57,213 bases of DNA, from assembly GCA_044236545.1 (NCBI GenBank), contig JBIIGI010000006.1:1-57213 (forward strand), in the 5' to 3' direction. A program made the translations under genes and the position numbers. Every line of letters starts with the position of its first letter. Position 1 is the stretch's first letter. Positions 30,804 through 41,600 of the stretch are shown piece after piece. This stretch comes from Chthoniobacterales bacterium. Its GTDB lineage: Bacteria; Verrucomicrobiota; Verrucomicrobiia; Chthoniobacterales; UBA6821. Under the pieces are notes generated by a model. The model was not told where the DNA came from. It worked only from the letters and a program-made list of their open reading frames with translations, and did no database searches.

Positions 30804-33800
30804 CTACTTCATCAGATTCTCGAGCGAGGGATCGGGCGGTGCTCCAAGTTCCACGGCCTTGGCATAATGCTTTCTCGCCATCATTTTGGCGGGTGGCTTG
30901 CCGGTGGCGTAGATGACCGCAAGATTGAAGTGGGCGTCGGCATAGCGGGGATTGATCTCGATTGCCTTCATGATCTCGCTTTCACCGGCCTTTCCCTTGC
31001 CGGAAGCGGCAAGAACGATACCGAGGTAGTTGTGGGCGGTGAAATCCTCCTGATTTACAGTCACTGACTTTCTGAGCACTTTTTCAGCATCCGAAAGACG
31101 CTCCTGACGATAATGGACGATTCCCAGCGTGGTGAGGGCAAAAGAACTATCGGAGGTCTTTTCGGAAGCTTTCCTGAGCACCTCCTCGGCCTCCTTCAAC
31201 TTGCCGAGCTGAAACTCCACCACGCCGAGGTTGGAGAGGGCGAAGTAGTCATCGGGATTAAGTTTGAGGGCTTCCCGAAAAGTGCTTTCCGCCTGCAGGT
31301 AATCCTGGCGCTCGAACTCATCCTTGGCCCTGGCCAGCAGTTCCTTGAACTGTCCCTGCCAGGGGGCCGCCGCATCGGCCGGCGCGGACGAGTCACCCTT
31401 ATCGGCGCCTTGCTCAAGCTGCCCCGATGAAGTGGCTGCAGCTTTTTCACCAGCCTGATCCGCCGCTGGATTCGTAACAACACCCGCTGCCTTGTCGCCC
31501 TTTTTTTGTAGTTCCTTGGCGGCGTTCTTGGATTCGTCCTGCGGGATGGATTTCTGGATCGGGGCCGCTATGGAAACCTCCATCTTCCCCCCGCCATCAT
31601 CCGAGATAACGAGTTGCTGATCCTTGAACAGGGCACGCTCTTCAGGCGTCAGTTTGACGGTCGGGACGGAAAGGACTGTGATCTGGTCGGCAAGGGTCTG
31701 CGACTCGACGTTGAGCCTCTTGAGTTCCTCTTCCATCAGGCGCCGTGCCTGCGCCCTTCGAGCCTCCTCCTTGATTTCACGAAGAACGATTCCCCTGAGC
31801 AGGGTGGTCTCCTCGATGTTTTTTTGGTCGGAGGCATCCCTCCCCTTCCTGAGTTCGACAATTTCGGCGTCCCTCGAGGCCAATTGATCCTGAAGTTCCC
31901 GGAGTCGATCATCACCCACGGATCCCTGCTTCTGGATGGAAACGATTTTCTGATTGGCCTCGGCAAGTTCCGATTGGAGCTTTTCAGTTTCCAGACGAGC
32001 CTCGGAGAGGGCCTTTTCCTTCTCCTTGAGCGCCTTCTCCTGCTCGGGTTGGGCCCTGGAAAGCTCGGCGATGCGGCGCTGGGATTCCTCGTGGTTCCTG
32101 GCATTGAGGTCGATCTGATGCTGAAGATTCGTCAACTGTTCACGCAGGCCCGAGGCATCCTGTCCCTGATCCACCATGAGGGAAATCCGCCCAAGCGTGG
32201 TTTTCAACTGCTCCTGGAGAGAGCCGTTTTGCTGCTGGAGAAGTTCCTGGAGATTCTTGGAAGCGACCGCCTTGCGCTCACCCTCGGCTCTAGCTGTTGC
32301 GGCGATCTTCTCCGCCTCGGCAATCTTGTTTTTGGAAACTTCCAGGGACTTCGTGTTTTCGGCCATCCGTGCCTTGAGTTCAGCGATCTCCCTGTTCAGC
32401 GGAGCGACGGCACCGGCCTCCTTCGCGGCGGCTTCGAGCGCCTTCGCCGACTGATCCAGCTTGGAAAGAAGGCGCGTCCTCTCCTCCTCGAGCGCGGCAC
32501 GGTCGGCCTCACCGTTCCGCTCGATCTTGGCAAGACGCTCTTTGGCATCCTGTTCAGCCTTGGCGGAGGACTGCGCCTCGCTCCTTGACCTTGCGAGTTC
32601 CTTTTCAGCCGATCCGGCACGCTCCTGGAGACGGGCGATGGTCTTTCGGAATTCCTCACCCTCCTCCTCCAGACCCTTCACTTTGGAAGCCTCTCGAGCC
32701 GCTTCGGAAAGACGGGCGATTTTCTCCACCAGCACCGCCCTCTCTTCCTCGGCAACCTGAAGGTCGGCGACGGAGTTCTTGGCAAGCGTCTCGCTTCGGG
32801 AGAAGCCGGACTGTAGTTCCTTGAGACGCTCGCGCAGCGGAGCTGTTTCGTCGGCTTGTTTTTGGACAGCGGCCAGTTTTTCCGTAGCCTGAATGAGTTT
32901 CTTTTCAAGGTCCCCGCTGCGTGAACCCGATTCCTTGGCAACCTGCTCGGCATGCTCCAGCTTGAGACGCTGTTGTTCCATCGACTCCCGGCCGCTCTCG
33001 ACTTCCTTTTTCAGTTGTTCGTACTTCTGCCTGGCTTCCTCACCACCCGCCACTTTTTCACGGGCCTCGCGGAGTTGCACGACCAGCGCGGCATTTTCCT
33101 CGGCGGCTTTTTTAGCACCCACCTGATACTGCTCCTCCACGGCCAGTTTGTCAGCCACCGCTTCATCGAGCTTTTTCTGCAGATCCTTCAGGTCCTTTTC
33201 CCAGGAGGCGCGGGCCTTAAGATCCCGTTTCAGGTCGGAAATCGTGCGATTGGCCACATCAAGTTTGTTGGTCAGGTCGGAAAATTTTTCCGTCCTCTGC
33301 GCATCCTCCAGATCCTTGGAGCGGGTCTTCTGTGAAATGAGCGCCTCCTTGGCTTCCTTCAGTTCCCCCTTGAGCTCCTCGAGTTGCCTCTTCAGGCGCC
33401 TCACGTCTCCGGATGAATCTGCAGGAGCCTGCGTGGCCGTCCTCTGAGGCGCCGAAGGGGGGGTGATCGTGATGCTCGGAACGGGGGAATGTTCCTCCGG
33501 AGTCATGACATCGGGAGCCTGCTCGGATGATGCCACGGAAACGGAGTCCGTGCCGCTGGCCTGCAGACGGTCAAGGCTCTCGCGGATCTTCTTGAGGCGG
33601 TATTCGACGACCGGCTTTTGCCACGTGGGATCGTTCTTCCCGATGGAAACCAGAAGGCTTTCCGCAAAGCGGTATTTCTTCACCGCCTCCGCTGTGTTCC
33701 CCGAGCGTTCCAGCTTTTCCCCCTGCTGATACCCCTGGTAGGCGGAAAGGAATTGCTCCGAGGGATCGGCGGCGGCAAGCGTCGTGACACCAGCGGCCAG

Positions 33801-33830
33801 CAGGAAAATAAAGGTCAGCGGTCGCAACAT
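30804..33830 (-). CDS. Exported long coiled-coil protein with C-terminal TPR repeats
   Basis: Signal peptide, about 600 aa of E/K/A/L heptad-rich sequence, then TPRs (ALSNLGVV, AHNYLGIV, AHFNLAVIY). Confidence 0.85.
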   Translation of the reverse strand: MLRPLTFIFLLAAGVTTLAAADPSEQFLSAYQGYQQGEKLERSGNTAEAVKKYRFAESLLVSIGKNDPTWQKPVVEYRLKKIRESLDRLQASGTDSVSVASSEQAPDVMTPEEHSPVPSITITPPSAPQRTATQAPADSSGDVRRLKRQLEELKGELKEAKEALISQKTRSKDLEDAQRTEKFSDLTNKLDVANRTISDLKRDLKARASWEKDLKDLQKKLDEAVADKLAVEEQYQVGAKKAAEENAALVVQLREAREKVAGGEEARQKYEQLKKEVESGRESMEQQRLKLEHAEQVAKESGSRSGDLEKKLIQATEKLAAVQKQADETAPLRERLKELQSGFSRSETLAKNSVADLQVAEEERAVLVEKIARLSEAAREASKVKGLEEEGEEFRKTIARLQERAGSAEKELARSRSEAQSSAKAEQDAKERLAKIERNGEADRAALEEERTRLLSKLDQSAKALEAAAKEAGAVAPLNREIAELKARMAENTKSLEVSKNKIAEAEKIAATARAEGERKAVASKNLQELLQQQNGSLQEQLKTTLGRISLMVDQGQDASGLREQLTNLQHQIDLNARNHEESQRRIAELSRAQPEQEKALKEKEKALSEARLETEKLQSELAEANQKIVSIQKQGSVGDDRLRELQDQLASRDAEIVELRKGRDASDQKNIEETTLLRGIVLREIKEEARRAQARRLMEEELKRLNVESQTLADQITVLSVPTVKLTPEERALFKDQQLVISDDGGGKMEVSIAAPIQKSIPQDESKNAAKELQKKGDKAAGVVTNPAADQAGEKAAATSSGQLEQGADKGDSSAPADAAAPWQGQFKELLARAKDEFERQDYLQAESTFREALKLNPDDYFALSNLGVVEFQLGKLKEAEEVLRKASEKTSDSSFALTTLGIVHYRQERLSDAEKVLRKSVTVNQEDFTAHNYLGIVLAASGKGKAGESEIMKAIEINPRYADAHFNLAVIYATGKPPAKMMARKHYAKAVELGAPPDPSLENLMK

Positions 33831-33956
33831 GGGACAAAAGAGGGAAGTGTTGACTATAGGGTCCTGTCCCAAAGATCAAACCTCCTCTTCATCAAATCGC
33901 CTTTCCTTAAAAGGGGGCATTTACCCGGGACGGCTCAATCATCAGCATGGGCCTAA

Positions 33957-33986
33957 TTGACAACTCCCGGTCAGGGTGCTAGGCAT
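33957..33986 (+). promoter_or_regulatory. Putative sigma70 promoter for the HNH gene
   Basis: TTGACA-17 nt-TAGGCA(T), with TG one base upstream of the -10. Confidence 0.45.
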
Positions 33987-34007
33987 AAATCTTACGACCG
34001 CAAGATC

Positions 34008-34619
34008 ATGGATCATCGACTCGATCAGCCGGTGCTTGTACTCAACAGGTTGTGGCAGGCTATCAACACCTGCTCGGCCCGAAGGGCCCTCACGCTCCTG
34101 TACCAAGGCCAGGCGCAGGTGGTCGCCAGCGACGGTGAGAGGAATTTTCTGACCCATGATTTTCTGAGTTGGCGCGATTTTTCCATCTCAAATCCGGAAC
34201 CGAAGATGCTCCAAGGCATCTCGCTCAGGATCCGCATTCCGAGAATCATCGTCCTCTGCATCTTTGATCGTCTTCCGAAAAAAGAGGTGAAGTTCACACG
34301 TCACAATGTGTTCGAGAGGGACAAAAACACCTGCCAGTATTGCGGAACGCTCTTCGAGCGCAGCAACCTCAACATCGACCACGTGCTACCCCGTGACAGG
34401 GGTGGCCAGACCACTTGGGAGAATGTCGTCTGCTCCTGCATCCCGTGCAACACGCGCAAGGGAAACAGGCTTCCCCACGAGGCAAGGATGCAACTTCTCA
34501 GAAAACCAAAGCGTCCCAAGTGGCGCCCATTTGTCAACATCACCTTCACGGGAAGCGTCGACGACAGTTGGAGCCACTTCATCGACCTCGCTTACTGGAA
34601 TGTCGAGTTGGGTGAGTAG
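34008..34619 (+). CDS. HNH endonuclease (McrA-like, VLVLN N-terminal family)
   Basis: VLVLN, RDKNTCQYCG and IDHVLPRDRGG.TTWENVVCSC..CN.RKG motifs. Confidence 0.92.
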   Translation: MDHRLDQPVLVLNRLWQAINTCSARRALTLLYQGQAQVVASDGERNFLTHDFLSWRDFSISNPEPKMLQGISLRIRIPRIIVLCIFDRLPKKEVKFTRHNVFERDKNTCQYCGTLFERSNLNIDHVLPRDRGGQTTWENVVCSCIPCNTRKGNRLPHEARMQLLRKPKRPKWRPFVNITFTGSVDDSWSHFIDLAYWNVELGE

Positions 34620-34736
34620 CGGGGAAGCGGCATGAACCACGCGCGCTGAACCCCGGCATCGTTCCGGGCGTTCCGGGAAGTCATCCCGAACGAATTCAGT
34701 CTCAGGATCCCGGGAACATCGCTTCAGAGCAACTCC

Positions 34737-34768
34737 GCCCCCAAATTCAGGCCCCCAAATTCAGGCCC
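34737..34768. repeat. 14-bp tandem duplication (GCCCCCAAATTCAG)x2 spanning the carA stop
   Basis: Read directly from the sequence. Confidence 0.8.
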
Positions 34769-35888
34769 TTATCGCCTCCACGAATTCCTGGAAAAACGGG
34801 GCCGAGTCGTGTGGTCCCGGCGAGGCTTCGGGATGGAACTGAACAGCGCTCACGCGCTTGGAGCGGTGACGGATACCCGCGACCGTGCCGTCATTGAGAT
34901 GGCGGTGGGTGACTTCGAGATCGGCCGGCAAGTTCTCCTCGCTCACCGCATACCCGTGGTTCTGCGAGGTGATGAGGACACGTCCGGTGCGCAGATCCTG
35001 CACGGGTTGGTTTGCCCCGCGATGGCCGAACTTCAGCTTGAATGTCTTGGCACCGAAAGCCAGCGAGAGGATCTGATGTCCCAGGCAGATCCCGAAAACG
35101 GGCTTCGTCTCGGCCAACCGGCGGGCCGTCTCATGGGCCGTGGTGAGGACAGCCGGATCGCCCGGTCCGTTGGAAAGAAAGATCCCGTCAGGCTGGAAGG
35201 CCAGCGCTTCTTCAGGGGTCGTCGCGGAGGGAACCACCATGACGCGGACCCCGTGCGAGCGCAGAAGGCGGAGGATGTTCCGTTTCACCCCGAAGTCGTA
35301 CAGGACCACCAGCGGCTCCTTTTCATCACCCTTTGGGTGACTCGCTCCTGAGGCGAAACTCTCCCTCCGCTCGGGATCCCATTCATAGGGAGCCTTTGCG
35401 GAGACCTCGCCGACGAGGTCGAGTTCCTCGAGTCGCGGGGAAGCCTTGGCCCTTGCGATGACGGTGGCCTCGGAACTGCCATCCGTACTAAGGCATGCCC
35501 TCATCGCACCCTGCGTCCGGAGATGACGTGTCAGAGAGCGGGTGTCGACACCCCCGATGGCGGGAATGCCGTTGCGGCGCAGATAAGAGGGAAGATTCTC
35601 CGATGAGCGCCAACTGCTCTCCAGGCGCGAAAGTTCCTCGATCACGAATCCGCTGACCTGGGCCATGTCGCTCTCCCCGTCCTCGGGAGTCGTTCCGTAG
35701 TTACCGATCAACGGATAGGTCATCGTCACGATCTGACCCCGGTAGGAGGAATCCGTCAGCACTTCCTGATAGCCGCTCATGGAGGTGTTGAAGCAGATTT
35801 CGCCGACGGCATGCCCGGGGGCGCCGATGGAAAAACCGTGAAAGACACGCCCGTCTTCGAGGGCAAGGAGTGCTGGAGTTGTCGACAT
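34761..35888 (-). CDS. carA: Carbamoyl-phosphate synthase small subunit
   Basis: [38 protein letters not shown] and [10 protein letters not shown] motifs. Confidence 0.98.
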   Translation of the reverse strand: MSTTPALLALEDGRVFHGFSIGAPGHAVGEICFNTSMSGYQEVLTDSSYRGQIVTMTYPLIGNYGTTPEDGESDMAQVSGFVIEELSRLESSWRSSENLPSYLRRNGIPAIGGVDTRSLTRHLRTQGAMRACLSTDGSSEATVIARAKASPRLEELDLVGEVSAKAPYEWDPERRESFASGASHPKGDEKEPLVVLYDFGVKRNILRLLRSHGVRVMVVPSATTPEEALAFQPDGIFLSNGPGDPAVLTTAHETARRLAETKPVFGICLGHQILSLAFGAKTFKLKFGHRGANQPVQDLRTGRVLITSQNHGYAVSEENLPADLEVTHRHLNDGTVAGIRHRSKRVSAVQFHPEASPGPHDSAPFFQEFVEAIRA

Positions 35889-35951
35889 GATGCTTTTCAA
35901 AAAAAACCGCCCGCAACTTGAACACGCGGCCGGATTCCGTGCAACCAGATT

Positions 35952-36112
35952 ATACCAAGTCCCAATGGGAATCGGACTCAAGCGGCGATGGAGTTTTGGC
36001 GAGTGGCTAGGCGGAAGACCGACGGCTATCTAATGATAACCGGAGGGATGACAACAACGCCACAGGCCAAAAGAACGAGCCGAAATGGATGATTCCTATT
36101 GGTAGTTGGTAT
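35952..36112 (-). mobile_element. MITE family 1, copy 2 (TIRs ATACCAAgtcccaatgggaatc / gattcctattggtagTTGGTAT)
   Basis: About 22-bp imperfect TIRs. Homologous to 2711-2878. Confidence 0.87.
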
Positions 36113-36184
36113 TACCACGCGATTAGGGAAAATCATGATGCAATTGTTGCAGTGCGGGGGCCGGTTTTCTAAATTCAGGGATCC

Positions 36185-36970
36185 GTGACGGCTAAAAACC
36201 ACCATCCCCTGCTTCCCTGCGCAATCGCGATGCTCCTGCTCGCGGCCATGGGAGGGAGCGCAAGCGCCCAACTCGTGTCGCGCACAGCGGAGGGATTCGA
36301 CTTTCCCGTGGCCCCTCCCCATGGCCAAGGTTACTACAAATCCCGCGGCTTCCGCGCGGGATCACACCTCGGGGAGGACTGGTTGGTAACCGACGGCAGC
36401 AGTGCCAGAAGCCTCGGCAGGCCTGTCCACTCGATCGGCAACGGAGTTGTCGTGCTGGCCCGTGACATCCATGCCGCGTGGGGCAACGTGGTCGTCATCC
36501 GCCATGCCTGGATCGAGCGGAGGCAACTTCGCTTTGTCGACTCGCTTTATGCCCATCTCGACAGGATAGGTGTACGCGAAGGACAGCAGATCAGGCGGGG
36601 CCAACAGATCGGCACCATCGGGAACAACCATGGCATGTACCCCGCGCACCTCCACTTCGAGATCCACAAGGATCTCACCATCGGGGTGAATCACAGCGGG
36701 GGACCCCGCGACCTGACAAGTTACTGGATTCCAACGGAATTCATCATGACGCGCCGCCACCTCGACGGGGGAGGACGCAACGTCCCGACCCCTTCCGCCA
36801 ACTTCATCCTCCCGACTCCATCCCACCCATGGACAACGCGACGACCCTTCGTCAGGGGCAAGGGAAAGCAGAAGGGCTCTCACCACTCACCCACCCCCCC
36901 TTCATCCAAATCGAAATCCAAAGCCCCAAGCCCAGGTACCTACAAGGTCAACCGGTACTCTCACGGGTGA
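36185..36970 (+). CDS. M23 family metallopeptidase
   Basis: Signal peptide, HLGED (HxxxD), YAHL and HLHFE motifs, and a basic Pro-rich tail. Confidence 0.9.
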   Translation: MTAKNHHPLLPCAIAMLLLAAMGGSASAQLVSRTAEGFDFPVAPPHGQGYYKSRGFRAGSHLGEDWLVTDGSSARSLGRPVHSIGNGVVVLARDIHAAWGNVVVIRHAWIERRQLRFVDSLYAHLDRIGVREGQQIRRGQQIGTIGNNHGMYPAHLHFEIHKDLTIGVNHSGGPRDLTSYWIPTEFIMTRRHLDGGGRNVPTPSANFILPTPSHPWTTRRPFVRGKGKQKGSHHSPTPPSSKSKSKAPSPGTYKVNRYSHG

Positions 36971-37140
36971 TCACGGCTTTTGCCTTCCCGGCATGGATGG
37001 GAATGGTGCAATTCCCCCCTCCGCGCCGAGTGTGCGTTCTGCTTTCTTAACAGTCATCCGTTCCTGAAGACGCGCCCTTCCCCACCCCTCCCCGAGTTTG
37101 CCCTCGCGGCGGTTGAAGCCCCCCTCTAGGCTGGATCACT

Positions 37141-38514
37141 ATGCTCTTCACCAATCTGACCCGGGGAGCGGGCATCGGTTCCAACTGCTACAGACTCGAC
37201 CTGACGGAGGGTTCCGTGATCCTGGACTCCGGGATGCATCCCGAGCATGCGGGCATGGATGCCACGCCGCTGCTGGAGGAGGTTGGGAGCGGAAGCATCC
37301 GCACGACCATCCTCACTCACGCACATCAGGATCACGTCGGCTGCCTGCCGCTTCTTCAAACCCGTCAACCCGGCATGCCGGTCCTCATGACCCTTGGCAC
37401 AGCGAGGATCGCCGACGTGATGCTGCACAACTCGGTCAACGTGATGATGCGCCAGAAGGAGGCTCTGAATCTTCCCGACTACCCACTTTTCACCCATCGG
37501 GCGGTGGAACAGTCAACGCGCATGTGGCGAACCTGCCCCCTAATGCGCCCCCTCACACTCGAGGGGGAACGGACTGCCGAAGACGACCCCTCCCCCACCG
37601 TTACTTTTTACGACGCCGGTCACATCATCGGCTCGGCGGGCGTCATGATCCGGGCGGGAGGCAAGAGCTTCTTCTACACGGGGGACGTGAACTTCGAGGA
37701 CCAGACGATCCAGACAGGAGCGCGTTTCCCGGAGGAACCGGTCGATGTCCTCCTGATGGAGACGACGAGGGGGAATGCACAACTTCCCGAAGAATTCACC
37801 CGCGCCGCTGAGGAAAAGCGTTTTGCCGAGGCCGTCGCCGAGGCCATCGAGGGAGGAGGCAGCATCACCATCCCCGTTTTCGCACTCGGCAAAACCCAGG
37901 AAGTCATGGCCATGATCTGGAGGATGGAGCGGGAGGGGATCATCCCACCCACCCCGCTCTACGTCGGGGGACTCAGCAGCAAGATCACGGCGGTCTACGA
38001 CACCCTCGCGGAACAGGTTCCGAGGAACCTTCCCAAGCTCCGGCTCATGCATGATGTCGCCCCATATGTTGCCGGCGGAGCGGAGATCCAATCCCTTAAC
38101 CCCCGCAAGAGAGCCATCTACGCACTCTCCAGTGGCATGATGACCGAGAACACCCTCTCCAACATCTTTGCCAGCAAGGTGCTACCCGACCCCTCGCAGC
38201 ACCTCTTCTTCGTCGGCTACTCCGATCCGAATTCACCTGCCGGAATCATCCGCAAGGCCCGGCATGGGGACAATGTACAGCTAACCGTGAAAGGGGACTC
38301 CATTCCCTTCAATTGCGACAGGCAGGAATTCATCTTCAGCGCCCATGCCCGTCGCGAGGATCTCCTATCCTACGCCATCAAGGTGCGACCCAAGACCATC
38401 CTCCTTGTCCACGGGGATGATCCTGCCGTGGAATGGTTCGGGAAGAAGCTCAGCGAGGCCCTTCCGCATACCCGTATCCTCACTCCACCTCCCGGAGTAC
38501 CCATCGACCTGTGA
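37141..38514 (+). CDS. MBL-fold metallo-hydrolase, beta-CASP RNA-processing type
   Basis: THAHQDHVG, AGHIIGS, YTGD, VFALGKTQE, FSAHA and LVHGD motifs. Confidence 0.92.
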   Translation: MLFTNLTRGAGIGSNCYRLDLTEGSVILDSGMHPEHAGMDATPLLEEVGSGSIRTTILTHAHQDHVGCLPLLQTRQPGMPVLMTLGTARIADVMLHNSVNVMMRQKEALNLPDYPLFTHRAVEQSTRMWRTCPLMRPLTLEGERTAEDDPSPTVTFYDAGHIIGSAGVMIRAGGKSFFYTGDVNFEDQTIQTGARFPEEPVDVLLMETTRGNAQLPEEFTRAAEEKRFAEAVAEAIEGGGSITIPVFALGKTQEVMAMIWRMEREGIIPPTPLYVGGLSSKITAVYDTLAEQVPRNLPKLRLMHDVAPYVAGGAEIQSLNPRKRAIYALSSGMMTENTLSNIFASKVLPDPSQHLFFVGYSDPNSPAGIIRKARHGDNVQLTVKGDSIPFNCDRQEFIFSAHARREDLLSYAIKVRPKTILLVHGDDPAVEWFGKKLSEALPHTRILTPPPGVPIDL

Positions 38515-38683
38515 GGAATTCATAAACCCGTAACTCCCCTTTCCCGGACCTTCGGGTACCTAATGCAATTTTAGGGATAAATAATGATGATTCCTAATTG
38601 ACAAATCGAATTTGAAAACAAGCATTGGAATAACAGTCATTTATTCCCCCTCCGGTTCAATCAATTATCAACCCCCTTTCCCT

Positions 38684-41600
38684 ATGAAGCATTCCTCACG
38701 ATCCACCCGAACTTTTCATGCACTGGCAGCCTCCCTCTTGCTGATGCCATTGGGACAACTTTCCGCCCAATACTATTATCAACAATTCGATGCACCCCAG
38801 TCCTCGGTCGGCGCCGACAACTCCTCCATCATCGGGGTCTCCGGCACGAATGCTCTGGGAACCTTCGTGAAGGGGAATAACGGACCGTTCAGCTACCTCT
38901 TCGACGGATCCAACTACACCGTCATTGACAATACCAATGCCGCCTTCCCCGGCACCTTTGCCACGGGCGCCTCGTCCGGCGGAATCGTGGGGAACAACAA
39001 CTTCACCAACGGCGCATCGCCGTCGACCTTCGGTTTCCTCACATCAGATGGCATCACATTCACCACGATCTCTGTTGATAGTCAGAATACTCGCCTTTCC
39101 GGAATCACCGGCACCATCATCTATGGTTCCTACGGTGACAATGAGGCACCCTTTTTCACCACGTCCACAACTACGGGATTCCCTACCAAGGTTTCCATCC
39201 AAGGGGCTTCCTCCGCGACCATCCAGGGAGTGGGCGTTGATAACCAGTTGTTCGGAACCTATGCCAATGGAGGTGGGACCTATGGATTTCTGACAAGCAA
39301 CGGGACCCCCCCAACAACGATCAACGGACCTGCCGGTTCGGAGGGTAAAGTTGAGGCACTTCTTGGCATCTCGGCAGACAATGGTTTGGTGCTTGGATTA
39401 CTTTCCAACAACGCCGGGTTCATCACGCCGCTTGCCGGCGGAGCCTCCATCCCGGTCAATGGTCCAACCAACGCAACTCCAGGCACTGCCACGCTTATCT
39501 CCCCAATCGGCAATGACGCCCTTGGCGCCTACTACGTTGCTGGGAATGAACGACTCGCGGCATTCGTCACGGCAAACGGGACGAACTATAGCGTCGCCTA
39601 CGGCCCGGGTGATCTTGGAATTGAATCGCTGGTCGGCGCCTACAGTTCCGCCATCGTCGGCAATTTCAACACCAACGGGAATCTAGCAGGCTTCCTCGGC
39701 TTGCAGAACATCAGTGGGTTCGACTACCTGACTCTCTCAGGCCCGACGAATGCGACATCACTCAGCATCACGAATATTCTAGGCCAGACTCTCACCGGAA
39801 ACTACAGCGACACCGACGGGATTCCGCACAATTTTCTGCTCTATCCGAATCTGACCAACAACTCCATTACCCCCGTCTACATCACCGTGGATGGCCCCCC
39901 TGACTCTACAGTCATTACGGCGATCTCAGGATCCTATACCGTCGGCTCTTTCACCAACAGTTCTACGGCCACCCAGCAATGGTTCTATGCACTGGGAACC
40001 AATTCCACGACGATCACTCCCCCGGATTCCGCCCCTGAATCGGTTCAAGCAATCGGCTTGGCTGGAACCAATGCTGTCGGAACGTATACCGATACAAATT
40101 CACAATACCTCTACGGCTACCTCTTCAACGGGAGTAACTACACGACCATCTACGGCCCGGAGGGCACCAATGGTAGCGGAATCCTCACCATTGATGCCGT
40201 GTCCGGCGGCAGCATCGCCGGCACCTATTCCGATGCCAATGGTGTCATCAGGGCCTTTGTCACGACAAACGGCGTGAGCTCTACTCCGGTCTCGCTTCCT
40301 CCAGGATGTGATCCAAACGCTGGAATCTCCACGGTCAATGGGGTCAGCGGCACGACTGTTGTCGGGACTTACACTGATATTGAAGGAAATCTTTACGGCT
40401 TCCAAGGTAGCGCCAAAGTCACTGGTCCCGGCGGCCTTGTGGAGGGTGCATCCACGTTGTTGACGATCAACGGAATCAACGGCTCTTCGATCGTTGGAAC
40501 ATACACAGATCCAGTGACATCCGTCACATATGGATTCTCCGGATCATCCAAGATTATGGGTCCTCTGGGCACCGACGGCGTGGGGATCAGCACCATCGAC
40601 ATCGTCTCCGGCGGGAGTGTTGCCGGAACATACATCGACTCGAATATCAATGATCCTGAAAACCCCGGAACCGGCTTGACCTATGGTTTTGTGACGGCCG
40701 ACGGTGGTAAGAATTACAACACGGTGATCATGGGCCCGGACGAAACTCTCGGCATCAACTTGATCAAGGGCGTTTCCGGAAATCTGGTGATCGTTCAATG
40801 CACTGATGCCGAAGGGAACGAACCGTGCTATGCCTATGACGGCACCGCTTACGCGATCATTGACGTCCCTTCATCACAACCCTATTCCACGGTGGTCAAC
40901 GGCGTTTCCGGCAACACCATCTTCGGTTCATACACTGATGTCTACGGCCTGAGCCATGGATTCACGGCCTACACACGCGGGGACCAGTCGATCACCTTCA
41001 ACTACTTCCCGGCATCACCGGGAGTCTTCAACCTGAACGCGACGGCCTCCTCGGGCCTATCCGTCACCTATGTGCGATCCGGGGACACCCAGAGCGCAAC
41101 CCTCTCCGGATCAACGCTCACATTCACCAAACCCGGCACCGTCTCCGTAACAGCCAGCCAGGCAGGCAACCCGGACTTTTCCCCGGCGGATAATGTGACC
41201 AACACGTTCACCATGCTCGCGCAGGAGATCCTCACCAATAACTTCGTGACTCCGAATCTGACATTTGGAGCCAACACCACGATATCCAATCCCCCGACCT
41301 CCAGCGCCGGACTTCCCGTGACGCTTTCCGTTTCCGGTGACGCCATGCTCCAGGGGAACACCATCAGGCCGTTGAAAGCTGGAACGGCCGTTCTGTACGC
41401 AAATCAGGCGGGAACAGCCACCTACAACCCCACAAATTATTTCCCAGCCACACAGGTTGCATTCCCCTTGGTGATCGGTAAGTCCGCACAGACGATCGGG
41501 GCGTTTCAGCCGATCCCACAAAAATACTTCGGTGACCCACAATTCTCAGTAGTCCCCCCGACCTCCAGCTCGGGGCTCCCCGTTACCCTCGCCGTCTCCA

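Noticed and set aside
34008-34619. HNH nuclease as the mobiliser of the repeats or as a Cas9/IscB-like effector
   Set aside because: It is a small stand-alone member of a widespread chromosomal family, with no RuvC motifs and no element ends flanking it.
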